A stretch of DNA of 30,997 nucleotides, taken from assembly GCA_039798785.1 (NCBI GenBank), contig JBDKFG010000061.1:1-30997 (forward strand), in the 5' to 3' direction. Origin of the DNA: Verrucomicrobiota bacterium. Lineage in GTDB: Bacteria > Verrucomicrobiota > Lentisphaeria > Lentisphaerales > Lentisphaeraceae. A model generated the notes under the pieces. The model saw only the letters and a program-made list of their open reading frames with translations, was not told where the DNA came from and searched no databases. The stretch's first letter is position 1. The number at the start of each line of letters is the position of its first letter. The translations under genes were made by a program, and so were the position numbers. Below are positions 7,059 through 16,271 of this stretch, piece after piece.

Positions 7059-9185
7059 TCAGAATCTGTATTCGTAGGTGAGGGCCGCGGCGATCGCTTC
7101 GCTGCGGTAGTCGGCGTCGCCGCGGTAGAGTCGGCGGTTGAGCTTGGGATCGATCAGTCCGAGGAGGTTGTAGAGGTCGAGCCGCAGGCTGGAGTGCGGG
7201 TCGATCCTCCATGTGCCGCCGAGATCGAAGTAGGCGAAGGGGCCGAAGTAGTGGGATGCTCCGTCCTGGTCCGGTGCGAGATAATAGGGATTGGGATGGG
7301 CTTGGCCGTAGTCGATCTGATCGCGGCGGCCGGGGAAGTCCCAGAGGATGCGGAGAGAGGCGTCGGCGCTGAAATCCGGGTTGAAACCCTGGCTGATCTG
7401 GATCTTGCTGAGGTGGCTGGGCCAGGTGGCGAAGTCGTTGCCGTATCCGTAGGGGGAGGCGCTGAAGTATTGCAGGATTCCGGGCTCGGCGAGCTCGAAG
7501 TCGAGGAGCTTGGTCCAGCAGTGCGACAGCCGCACAGAAGTATCCTCCTCCTTCCAGGTCATTTCGGCTTCGAGGCCGGCGCTGCGGCTTTGTCCGATGA
7601 GGGAGTAGTTCTGGGTGTTGACGACGAATCCGAGCTGTTCGTAGTCGTTGTAGAAGGCGCCGAATCCGAGCCAGAGCTTTTCATCGACCTGGCGTTCATA
7701 GCGGAATTCGTAGCTGTCGACGGTCTCCACCGGGAGCTTGTCGACGCCGCGATAGATCTCGGCGAAGCGGATGTCGAATTCATTGGGGCGGCGGGAGGAG
7801 CGGTTGTAGAGGAGCTTGAAGGTGTCGTCGCTGCTGGGGGTGAAGATCAGGCCGGCGCGGGGCGAATGGGTCGCGGCGGTGGCCGGGTGCCAATCGAGGC
7901 GCTCCCCGAGGTAGAGGTGCCAGGCTTCGGCGAAGTTCCACTGGTGCTCGCCGAAGACCGCCTGGGTCTTTTCGTGCCACTGGTCGAAGCCGGGCGGGGT
8001 CGAGTGGTCGAGATGGGGATATCCGAGGCTGGGATTGCCGTAGCTTTCGTGGCGGATTTCGCCGCCGAGGGCGAGCTTGTGGTCTTCATGAGGGGTCCAA
8101 CGCCCGGTGGTTCGCAGGTAGGCGTCGTAGTCGGCGTAGCTGATGAAGGCGTCCTTGTCGATCATCGGCTCGCCGGGGAAGGCCGGGGGCACTAGGGTGT
8201 AGGGACGGAGCTGCTCCATGTCGGTGGCCTGGGCGCCACCGTCGATCTCCAGGTTGAAGTCGTCGCTCAGGTCGCGGCTCCATTTGTTGTCCCAGGTCAG
8301 CTGCTGATAGCCGGTGCCGATGGCGGGGGAGGTGGCCAGGGGCTTGCTGGCGGTGTAGAGGCTGGGCGCGAGGGTCTCCTCGCCGCCGCGGGTATAGCGC
8401 AGCCAGCTGCGGAACTCGTCGGCGTCGAGCTGCAGCATGAGTTTGTGCCGGGGCAGGTCGCGATAGGCCTGGTGGAGGGCGGGGACGCCGCTGCCGTGAA
8501 GCTCCTTGCCGGCTTCCTGACGCCAGGCCTGGGGGTAGGCGGAAGGAGCGGCGTCCTCGTCGGCGCCCCGGTAGCTGTCGATGCCATAGTAGAGGCTGTA
8601 GCCCATCGCTTCGTTGAGGTGGCGCGAGTGCCGCAGCTCCAGGTTGCTGAAGCTCTCGAGGGCTCCCTGGCGCAGGACGAGGGAGTCGCATTCGATGCGG
8701 CTGTCGCGGGTGATGATGTTGATCACGCCGCCGATGGCGCCGGATCCGTACATGGCCGAGCCCGGGCCTCGGACAACTTCGATCCGCTCGATGTCGCCCA
8801 GCGTCGACAGCAGGGTTTCCGGCACGGCGCCGAAATAGAGCTTGTCGTTCATCTGCCGACCGTTGACCAGCATCAGGTATTTCTCCGACAGGTCGGAGCT
8901 GATGCCGCGCATCCCCCAGCTCGTTCCGACCGAATGCTGCCAGGTGTAGCTGAAGCCGGGTACGCAGATGTCCAGCACTTCGATCAGATTGCGGCCGCCG
9001 CTGCGGCGGATCATCTCGGCGTCGATCACCGTCACCGTCGCCGGGACGCTGCGGCTCTGCGAGGCGGTAAGGCTGCCGGAGCTGCGAATCTCGGTTTCGG
9101 CCAGCTCTTCCAAGGTCAACAGTCGCTCGGCTTGCATAGTCAGGCAGCTGAGTGTTGCCATTGTGAAGGGGAGCTTTGAGTTCAT
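7059..9185 (-). CDS. TonB-dependent receptor (plug + beta-barrel)
   Basis: LTLEELA, VPATVTVIDAEMIRRSG, DIERIEVVRGPGSAMYGSGAIGGVINIIT, YNL and C-terminal YEYRF. Start at ATG 9185 (GTG 9194 is an alternative). Confidence 0.92.
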   Translation of the reverse strand: MNSKLPFTMATLSCLTMQAERLLTLEELAETEIRSSGSLTASQSRSVPATVTVIDAEMIRRSGGRNLIEVLDICVPGFSYTWQHSVGTSWGMRGISSDLSEKYLMLVNGRQMNDKLYFGAVPETLLSTLGDIERIEVVRGPGSAMYGSGAIGGVINIITRDSRIECDSLVLRQGALESFSNLELRHSRHLNEAMGYSLYYGIDSYRGADEDAAPSAYPQAWRQEAGKELHGSGVPALHQAYRDLPRHKLMLQLDADEFRSWLRYTRGGEETLAPSLYTASKPLATSPAIGTGYQQLTWDNKWSRDLSDDFNLEIDGGAQATDMEQLRPYTLVPPAFPGEPMIDKDAFISYADYDAYLRTTGRWTPHEDHKLALGGEIRHESYGNPSLGYPHLDHSTPPGFDQWHEKTQAVFGEHQWNFAEAWHLYLGERLDWHPATAATHSPRAGLIFTPSSDDTFKLLYNRSSRRPNEFDIRFAEIYRGVDKLPVETVDSYEFRYERQVDEKLWLGFGAFYNDYEQLGFVVNTQNYSLIGQSRSAGLEAEMTWKEEDTSVRLSHCWTKLLDFELAEPGILQYFSASPYGYGNDFATWPSHLSKIQISQGFNPDFSADASLRILWDFPGRRDQIDYGQAHPNPYYLAPDQDGASHYFGPFAYFDLGGTWRIDPHSSLRLDLYNLLGLIDPKLNRRLYRGDADYRSEAIAAALTYEYRF

Positions 9186-9355
9186 GCCCGGCACTTGTGT
9201 TTAGAAGTTTTCTAAGGTTAATGCAAGGTTCTGGCTGTGGTAGGTGGTCTGGCGAGAAAATCGGCGAGTTTTTTCCCTCTTGGCGGATTTTTTCGGGCGC
9301 GGATCGGGGCGGGGGCTTATACTGCTCTTCAGATCATCCAATCTCGGGGGTTTCC

Positions 9356-10408
9356 ATGAGTGAACAGTCGGGGGTGCCGGATGATTCCGCGCCCGGTCCG
9401 GAACATCGGCGGCGCGTGCGTTACAGCGGCAAGAATCCGCGCCGTTTTGCGGATAAATACAAGGAGCACGATCCGCTCCGCCATGCGGAGACGGTGGCGA
9501 AAGTGATCGCTTCCGGCAAGACGCCGGCAGGCATGCACAGGCCGATCATGGTCGCCGAGATCCTGGCCGTGCTGCGGCCGCAGCCGGGGGAAATCGCCGT
9601 CGACTGCACCCTCGGCTACGGCGGGCACAGCCGGGAAATTCTGGCCGCGATCCAGCCGGGCGGAAGGCTTCTCGGCTTCGATGCCGATCCCTTGGAGCTG
9701 CCCAGGACGGAGATGCGATTGCGGCAGGCCGGTTACGGGCCGGAGTGCTTCACCGCCATCCGCGGCAATTACGCCGGCCTGTCAAGATCCTTGACTTCTG
9801 CGGGGCTTTCGGGGGTCGACTGCATCCTGGCTGATCTCGGGGTGTCGTCGATGCAGCTGGATCAGCCGGAGAGGGGCTTTTCGACCAAGCTCCAGGGGCC
9901 CTTGGACATGCGGATGAATCCGCACTCCGGGCGATCGGCGGCGGAACTCCTGGTGCGGATCGGCGCCGAAGAGCTTCAGGCGATCCTGCGCGACCATGCC
10001 GACGAACCGGCCTCGGCGGAGCTGGGGAGAGCCTTGGCGGGGCGGCGTTTCGACAGCACCGGGGCATTTGCAGCCGCGATCCGAGCGGCCCTGCCGCAGA
10101 AGGCCGAGGAGTCCGAACAGACCTTGCGCCGTGTCTTCCAGGCGTTGCGGATCGCCGTCAACAACGAGTTCTCCTCGCTTGAAATGCTGCTTCGATCCCT
10201 TCCTGCGGCGCTGAAGAGCGGAGGTCGTGTCGCGATCCTGAGCTTCCATTCCGGCGAAGACCGTCGGGTGAAGAAGGCCTTCGAGGCGGGGCGGCGCGAC
10301 GGCCTCTACAGCGTCATTTCGGAGGGGGTTCAGACGGCTGGCTTCCCGGAGCGGCGCGACAATCCCCGCTCCAGCTGCGCCAAGCTGCGCTGGGCGATCA
10401 AGGCCTGA
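9356..10408 (+). CDS. rsmH: 16S rRNA m4C1402 methyltransferase RsmH (stand-alone type with N-terminal extension)
   Basis: HRPIMVAE, VDCTLGYGGHS, DLGVSSMQLD, GPLDMRM, FQALRIAVN, SFHSGEDRRVK and NPRSSCAKLR. Start placed at ATG 9356. Confidence 0.9.
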   Translation: MSEQSGVPDDSAPGPEHRRRVRYSGKNPRRFADKYKEHDPLRHAETVAKVIASGKTPAGMHRPIMVAEILAVLRPQPGEIAVDCTLGYGGHSREILAAIQPGGRLLGFDADPLELPRTEMRLRQAGYGPECFTAIRGNYAGLSRSLTSAGLSGVDCILADLGVSSMQLDQPERGFSTKLQGPLDMRMNPHSGRSAAELLVRIGAEELQAILRDHADEPASAELGRALAGRRFDSTGAFAAAIRAALPQKAEESEQTLRRVFQALRIAVNNEFSSLEMLLRSLPAALKSGGRVAILSFHSGEDRRVKKAFEAGRRDGLYSVISEGVQTAGFPERRDNPRSSCAKLRWAIKA

Positions 10409-10424
10409 GACGGGCGTTCCTAGG

Positions 10425-10480
10425 CGGGAATGAGGAAGAGCCGGAGGCGGGCGGCCTCCGGCTCTTCCGACCCATTCCCG
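10425..10480. terminator. Long hairpin between convergent rsmH and greA (bidirectional terminator or REP)
   Basis: GGAAGAGCCGGAGGC (10434-10448)/GCCTCCGGCTCTTCC (10454-10468), a perfect 15-bp stem, extended by CGGGAATG/CATTCCCG. No U-tract. Confidence 0.6.
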
Positions 10481-10483
10481 GGC

Positions 10484-12610
10484 TCAGTTGGCGAGCTCGG
10501 CGAGGAGTTTCGGGCTGAGCGCTTCGAGCTTGGCGATGGTGGCCTCGCTGCCGTCGGGCAGGTCGATGGCGTCGCCGACGGCGCGGCCCATCAGGGTCTT
10601 GCCGAGGGGGGTGTCGAAGGAGATGTAGAGCTTCTCCGGGTCGGAGTCCCAGAGGCCGAGGACGGTGTAGACCAGGTTCTTGTCGTTGACCTTGAGGGTG
10701 ACGACGCAGCCCGGGACGACGCGGTCCTTCAGGGGGAATTCGCTGAAGTCGGTGGGGCGGACTTCGTTGAGCATGGATTCCAGCTCGCCCTTGCGGATGC
10801 TGAGGAACTTCTGCTTCTCCTTGGCGGCCTTGAATTCGAAGTTTTCGCGCAGGTCCCCGTGATCCCGGGCGCGGGCGATGGCTTCCGAGTTGGCGGGGAT
10901 CTGGTTGCGGGTGATGTCGTCGAGCTCGACGCGCTTCTCGTTGTAGGAGCGCATCGAGGTGACTTTCTCGAGGCTGCGGACGGCGACCGAGACGCTTTTC
11001 TCCTCGACCAGGTTTTTGTGCTGGGGGAAGAGGCGGACGACGCGGACGAGAAGGGACTGCTTTTCGCCGGAGTCGAGTCCGGGGAGAGAGCGGACGGAGG
11101 AGACCAGTTCGCGGATGAGCTGGGCCTGGCCGTCGCCCATCAGGAAGCGCTGGAACTTCTCATCGTCGAGGAGGATCTTGCGCAGGTCCTTGCCGGCCTT
11201 GGTGTCGCCTTTTTTGGCGATGACGCGGAGGATGAGCTGGCTCGAGCCGATGACCGGGCCGAGCTCGGCCTGGCGTTTGCTGCCGAATCGGTTCCACAGC
11301 CAGCAGATGGCGTCGGGCGAGCAGTCGCCGCTTTTCGAGGCGCTGGCGACGGCGGCGAGGAGATCCTCTTCGCAGGAATCGCCGAGGGCGAGGGCGAGGG
11401 GGTCCCAGTAGCGGATCGGGATTTCGATGATGCCTTTGAGGAGGAGTTCTCGGCCCATCGCGGCGACGGCGGCACTGGTGAGTGCCGGGGCGAGTCTGGC
11501 GGGGAGCTTGTCGGCGAGGATGAAGAGGGCTTTGACGTCCTTCCAGAGTAGGGCCTTGTCGCTGCGCTTGGCGAAGGCGGCGAAGGCTTCCGCATCGGGG
11601 CAGAGAGTGCCGAGGGTGGCAAGGGTTTCGGCGAAGATCTGCTTCTGGGCTTCCTTGTCGCCGGCACCATCGAAGAGCTTGCCGAGGGATTCGAGCTGGG
11701 CGGCGGAGACGCTCTGGGCCGATGCGAGGAGGTCCTTCAGTTCGGCGAGGGTGCGGGCGCTGTCGCTGGCGCGGGCCGAGGCGGCGGCGCTGGCGGCGCT
11801 GGCGGGGGCTGCGGCACTGCTGGCGGCGGTGTTGGCGGCGCGTTTGCGGGCGAACCAGGTTTCGAAGGCCTTGACGCTCTTGATGTAGTTGGGCATCAGG
11901 AGGCGGGTGAGGAGTGCCTGGGAGATTTTCAGGTGGGGGACGAAGCAGAGTTCGAGTTCGGCGGCGAGGTCGGCGGCGATGCAGCTGGCGACGTCGATCT
12001 TGGCGCCTTCGAGGAGCTTCTGCGCCAGCGAACCGGGGACGACGAGGTGGGACTTCTCGGCGAACTGCTGCAGGGCGATGTTCTGCTTCGCCTTGAAGAC
12101 TGTGGTGACGCTGCCGGTGCCGGCGTCGACCGCTTCGACCCGGCCGAAGCCGAAGTTGCTGTTGTAGACGTGGAACTTGTGGCCTTTTGGAGGGAGCTCG
12201 TGGAGGCTGAGTTCAGGAGAGATGTGCTCGTGCAGGAGCAGGGCCAGGAGGTTGAGCCGGGCGCCGGCATGAGTGATCTCGGTGCCGGGAATGCTCAGCC
12301 CGAGGGCGGCGTCGAGGCCGGTGGCGTCCGGCCATTTCGGGAAGAGGGCGCGGGCCTGGCTGCCGAGGGCCTGGCGCAGGGCGGTGCCGGGAACCTTGAT
12401 GCGGGCAAGCTGGATGCAGGACTCGACCAGAGCCTTCGAGGGCTTGGATTGCGAGCTAAGGAGCAGGGCGACCGCCTCGCCGAGCTTGCCGGCCTGGTTC
12501 GATTTCTCGTTGACCAGCGGCGGGATCTGGGCCAGTCGTTTGGGGAGATTGCCGGCGTCGCCGGCGTCCGCCGCGGCCAGCAGGATTTTCTCGAGTTCGG
12601 TGGGTTCCAT
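10484..12610 (-). CDS. greA: Large GreA-family transcription elongation factor (long N-terminal extension, C-terminal Gre domain)
   Basis: C-terminal IPANSEAIARARDHGDLRENFEFKAAKEKQ, YTVLGLWDSDPE and ISFDTPLGKTL. About 550-aa N-terminal helical region with an NFGFGRVEAVD beta motif, as in chlamydial/PVC GreA. Start ATG 12610. Confidence 0.85.
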   Translation of the reverse strand: MEPTELEKILLAAADAGDAGNLPKRLAQIPPLVNEKSNQAGKLGEAVALLLSSQSKPSKALVESCIQLARIKVPGTALRQALGSQARALFPKWPDATGLDAALGLSIPGTEITHAGARLNLLALLLHEHISPELSLHELPPKGHKFHVYNSNFGFGRVEAVDAGTGSVTTVFKAKQNIALQQFAEKSHLVVPGSLAQKLLEGAKIDVASCIAADLAAELELCFVPHLKISQALLTRLLMPNYIKSVKAFETWFARKRAANTAASSAAAPASAASAAASARASDSARTLAELKDLLASAQSVSAAQLESLGKLFDGAGDKEAQKQIFAETLATLGTLCPDAEAFAAFAKRSDKALLWKDVKALFILADKLPARLAPALTSAAVAAMGRELLLKGIIEIPIRYWDPLALALGDSCEEDLLAAVASASKSGDCSPDAICWLWNRFGSKRQAELGPVIGSSQLILRVIAKKGDTKAGKDLRKILLDDEKFQRFLMGDGQAQLIRELVSSVRSLPGLDSGEKQSLLVRVVRLFPQHKNLVEEKSVSVAVRSLEKVTSMRSYNEKRVELDDITRNQIPANSEAIARARDHGDLRENFEFKAAKEKQKFLSIRKGELESMLNEVRPTDFSEFPLKDRVVPGCVVTLKVNDKNLVYTVLGLWDSDPEKLYISFDTPLGKTLMGRAVGDAIDLPDGSEATIAKLEALSPKLLAELAN

Positions 12611-12612
12611 GG

Positions 12613-13086
12613 TCAGTCCTTCAGGGCTTGATAATTCTTTTTGATGCGTGAACAAATTTCGTCGGCGCCCTTTGGGCTGAGCGAGGTCTCGAATTCGACC
12701 GTGCGCTCGCCCTGCCAGTAGGGCTTGAAGAACATCCGGCACTTGAAGTCGCCGCCGAGGACCAGCGCCACCGGGGAGCCAGCGTATTCGGCCGAGGCGG
12801 TGCGCCACTTGCTGATGCCGGTGCCGGTGAGTGAGAATCGCAGGATCACCTTGCCGTCGCGGCTGTAGTTCTCGGCATGGTAGACGTCGAGATTGGTGAT
12901 CAGGGGGAGGCGGACGAGGGGGATCTTCGAGTTGGCGCCTTCGACCAGCTGCAGCAGCCCTGGGCTGCGGCCGCCGCTGGGGTCGACGGCGTGGATGGTG
13001 ACGAAGTTCTCCTCGGCCTCGCGGGTGCTGGGGAGCTTGCAGCCGAAGAAGGCGAGGGCGGCGAGCAGGGCGAGGAGGATTCTCAT
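12613..13086 (-). CDS. Lipoprotein with SecD/SecF P1 head-like domain
   Basis: Lipobox ALAFFG-C. LRFSLTGTGISKWRTASAEYAGSPVALVLGG resembles the SecD P1 head. ATGA overlap with prs, and its stop is 2 nt before greA. Confidence 0.7.
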   Translation of the reverse strand: MRILLALLAALAFFGCKLPSTREAEENFVTIHAVDPSGGRSPGLLQLVEGANSKIPLVRLPLITNLDVYHAENYSRDGKVILRFSLTGTGISKWRTASAEYAGSPVALVLGGDFKCRMFFKPYWQGERTVEFETSLSPKGADEICSRIKKNYQALKD

Positions 13087-14273
13087 CGGTGCGTCTCTCC
13101 CAGCGAGGCGCGGCCGAGATTGATCGTCTGGGGGTTCCACCGCGGGTTCTTCGACGACATGTCGACCGAGTAGAGATGGCGCTCGTCGAAGCGGAGGCCG
13201 GGCAGCTTCATCAGTCCGGCGAGATGCTTGGCTACCCAGCGTTCGAGCTTGAGGACGATGATCTTCTTGCGCAGGCGCCCTTGGGTGTCGCGGTTGAGTA
13301 TGGAGGGGATGGTGTTGGTGGTGACGATCTCGTCGATCGAGGGGTCGCTGAGCTTCTCACGGGTCTCGGAAGAGGAGTGGAAGTGGGTGACGCAGAAGAT
13401 GATCTTTCTAGGCTTGTACTGCCGGATGATGCGGCAGCATTGGACGATGGTGGTGCCGGTGCGGACCATGTCGTCGAAGACGATGACGTCCTTGCCTTCC
13501 ACCTGTTCGAGATTGACCTGCGAATCGGCCGAGGGCTCCATCGTGATCGAGCGCTCGCCCGAGCGCACCTTGTCCATCTTCAGGACCAGCGGGTGGAACT
13601 CCTGCATCTCGTCGCGGATCATCTGGACGAAGGGGACGGCGCCGCGGTCGGGGGCGCAGAGGACCACCTGGTCGGGCTTGACGATGCCGGAGCCGCTGAG
13701 GTAGTCGGCGAAGAGGTCGGAGGGGACGAAGTTGTGGAACATGCCCTCGAACTGCTTGAGGAAGAGTGCCTGGGTCGAATAGGAATGGTTGTGGACGGTG
13801 ACGACGCGGTCGACGCCGGAGAACTTGAGCAGCTGGGCGTAGAGGAGGGAGGAGAAGGGCTGGCCGTCGAACTTCTTGCGGTCGGCGGGGTAGCGTGTGC
13901 CGTCGAAGTAGGAGTGTTCGACGCGGGGGCCGCGGTCCTGGGCGGAGTAGAAGAGGTCGGGCTCGACAAGGCAGACTTCCTCGGCGCCGTTGTCCTTGGC
14001 GGCGCGTGCGATGAGGAGGTTGCGCATCGCGATCGAGTTGCGGTTGTCCATGACGCTGGAGGTCGAGACCAGGATCACACGCTTGCCCTGCATGTAATTG
14101 CCGACGTTGTCGAGGTCGGCTTCGTCGCTGATGAAGCGGGGGCAGAACTCGGTGTTCTGGAAGTCCTTCAAGGCGATGATGTCCGAGATGTCGACGCTTT
14201 GGCCGCAGAAGTGGGCGACGTCCAGGGCGAAGGGGTTGTCCGAATGATTGCCGATGATCACGGGCTCAGGCAT
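13083..14273 (-). CDS. prs: Ribose-phosphate pyrophosphokinase family protein (atypical)
   Basis: F..TE, ARAAKDNGA, YSAQDR, CAPDRGA, MDKVR, GKDVIVFDDMVRTGTT, CVTH and IVTTNTIP. Start ATG 14273 (MPEPVIIG). Confidence 0.85.
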   Translation of the reverse strand: MPEPVIIGNHSDNPFALDVAHFCGQSVDISDIIALKDFQNTEFCPRFISDEADLDNVGNYMQGKRVILVSTSSVMDNRNSIAMRNLLIARAAKDNGAEEVCLVEPDLFYSAQDRGPRVEHSYFDGTRYPADRKKFDGQPFSSLLYAQLLKFSGVDRVVTVHNHSYSTQALFLKQFEGMFHNFVPSDLFADYLSGSGIVKPDQVVLCAPDRGAVPFVQMIRDEMQEFHPLVLKMDKVRSGERSITMEPSADSQVNLEQVEGKDVIVFDDMVRTGTTIVQCCRIIRQYKPRKIIFCVTHFHSSSETREKLSDPSIDEIVTTNTIPSILNRDTQGRLRKKIIVLKLERWVAKHLAGLMKLPGLRFDERHLYSVDMSSKNPRWNPQTINLGRASLGETHR

Positions 14274-14489
14274 GGGGCTGACCTTTCCTTGGGATGGTTT
14301 TTTGCTTGCCGCCCAAGCTAGCTTGCGAGCTGCGCGATGCAACTGCGGAAAGTTCCGTGAAAACGTTAAGGATGGATTTTCGCGGGCTGGGGAAGTCGGC
14401 TGCCGCTTCCTTCCGTGGCGGGAAAAAGGATTTTCCATTTGTCGCCGTCCCGTTCTATATTGTCGGGCATCCGCAATCCAGGAGTTCTC

Positions 14490-16256
14490 ATGCCGCACCG
14501 ATTCCAAGTCGACCTCGCCGGGGTCATAAGCGTACTCTCCGAGCATCTCTACACCCGCCCTGACGTCTTCATCAGGGAGCTGATTCAGAACGGGGTCGAC
14601 GCGGTCTCGGCGCGCCGACGCGGAGGCGACCTGGCGCCCGACGGCGCGATCACGGTGGAGCTTCTCGACGGTCCCTGCCTGCTCTTTGAGGACAACGGTG
14701 GGGGGCTCACCGAGGACGAGGTGCACCAGTTTCTCGCCACCATCGGCCAGAGCTCGAAGCGCGGCGACTTCACTTCTCTTCGCGACAGCTTCATCGGCCG
14801 CTTCGGCATCGGGCTGCTCTCGGCTTTCATGGTCTGCGACGAGATCGTTCTGCTCACCCGCAGCCGCCGTCCGGGATCGCCGTCGTTGGAATGGAAGGGC
14901 CGGGCCGACGGCTCTTATTCGCTCCGCCGCCTCGAGTCGGAGCAGGCCTTCGGCACCCGCCTCTTCATCCGCGGGCGCGCCGCCGCGGCGCATCTCTTCA
15001 CCGCCGAGGCGGTCCGGGCCTCGCTGCTCTACTACGCCCGTTTCCTGCCCCTGCCGGTGAACTTCGTCCATCAAGAAGGTTCCGAATGCCTCAGTTCGAC
15101 CCCGCCGTGGCGGCAAACGGCGGCCGTCGCGGACCGGGCCGAAGCGGCGAGGCGGCTCGGGGCGGAATTCTACGGCGAGGGGATCATCGCCCAGCGCGAG
15201 ATCCACACCGATTCCCTGCGCGGCTGGGCCTACCTGGTGCCGCGGGGCAGCCTCGGCGTCCGCGACCAGGCGCGGGTCTACCTCCGCGGCATGATGCTCG
15301 GCGAGCAGATCCCCCATCTCCTCCCCCAATGGGCCTGTTTCGTCGCCGTCATTCTGGAGAGCGATCTGCTCACTCCGGCGGCTTCTCGCGAAAGTCTGCA
15401 CCGCGACCGCAGCTTCGACGTCGCCAAGGACGAGCTTGCCCGACAGTTGCGAGCCTGGCTGGCCCGCCTGCCCGAGGAGGAGCCTGAGGTCTTTTTCCGC
15501 CTTGTCGACCAGCATAACACCCTGGTCAAGTCGATCGCCGCCCAGGACGACGAGTTCTGCCGGCTGATGCTGCCTCACCTCAGCTTCGAGACCAACTTCG
15601 GCCGTCTCAGCCTGAAGGAGCTGCAGGCCCGTTGCGGCCGGATCCACTTCACCACCGACGACGACGAGTTCCGCAAGGTGGCGCCGATCGCCACCGCCAT
15701 CGGTCTCGGGGTGGTCGACGCCGCCTTCTCCTACGAGCCTGCGTTGCTGCACCGCGCCACCCTCCTGCCGGAGCTGAAGCTGCAGGAGCTCAAGGTCGAC
15801 TCCCTGCTTGCCTCGATCCACCCGCCGAGCGCCGCCGAGGAAGGCGAGTTCGCCGCATTCCTGAGCCTGGCCGCCAGCACCTTGCGGCCGATGTCCAGCG
15901 CCGCCCGCCTCGCCCGCTTCGAGCCTGCCGACATCCCGGTGCTCCTGCTCGAGGACGCCGATGCCCGGGCGCGGCGCCTCTTCCGCCATTCCGCCGAGAA
16001 TTCCACCGAGCTCTTCGCCGATCTCCTCTCCGGATTCATCGAGGACGATGACCAGCCTTCGTCCACCTTGGTCTTCAATATCGCCCATCCCGTGACCCGC
16101 CGGCTGGCGCAGCACCCCGATCCGGAAATCGCAGCCGATCTGATCCGTCTCCTGCAGGTCCAGTCCCTGCTCCTCGGCCGCCAGCCCGTCGGGCCGAAGG
16201 AGCTGGCGATCCTGTCGCACTCCCTCCGGCTCTTCCTCGATCTCGCCTTGAGATGA
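14490..16256 (+). CDS. HSP90/HtpG-like GHKL ATPase
   Basis: FQVDL, HLY, FIRELIQNGVDA, EDNGGGLT, IGQSSK, IGRFGIGLLSAF, LTPAASRE and LVFNIAHP. AGGAG RBS before ATG 14490. Confidence 0.9.
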   Translation: MPHRFQVDLAGVISVLSEHLYTRPDVFIRELIQNGVDAVSARRRGGDLAPDGAITVELLDGPCLLFEDNGGGLTEDEVHQFLATIGQSSKRGDFTSLRDSFIGRFGIGLLSAFMVCDEIVLLTRSRRPGSPSLEWKGRADGSYSLRRLESEQAFGTRLFIRGRAAAAHLFTAEAVRASLLYYARFLPLPVNFVHQEGSECLSSTPPWRQTAAVADRAEAARRLGAEFYGEGIIAQREIHTDSLRGWAYLVPRGSLGVRDQARVYLRGMMLGEQIPHLLPQWACFVAVILESDLLTPAASRESLHRDRSFDVAKDELARQLRAWLARLPEEEPEVFFRLVDQHNTLVKSIAAQDDEFCRLMLPHLSFETNFGRLSLKELQARCGRIHFTTDDDEFRKVAPIATAIGLGVVDAAFSYEPALLHRATLLPELKLQELKVDSLLASIHPPSAAEEGEFAAFLSLAASTLRPMSSAARLARFEPADIPVLLLEDADARARRLFRHSAENSTELFADLLSGFIEDDDQPSSTLVFNIAHPVTRRLAQHPDPEIAADLIRLLQVQSLLLGRQPVGPKELAILSHSLRLFLDLALR

Positions 16257-16271
16257 GGGCGGGGCCTGGCT

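Noticed and set aside
14274..16220. 1045-aa ORF 13083..16220 read as a giant Prs fusion
   Set aside because: The extension is the antisense shadow of the Hsp90-like gene, whose GC3-biased codons leave the opposite strand open. The Prs fold begins at ATG 14273.
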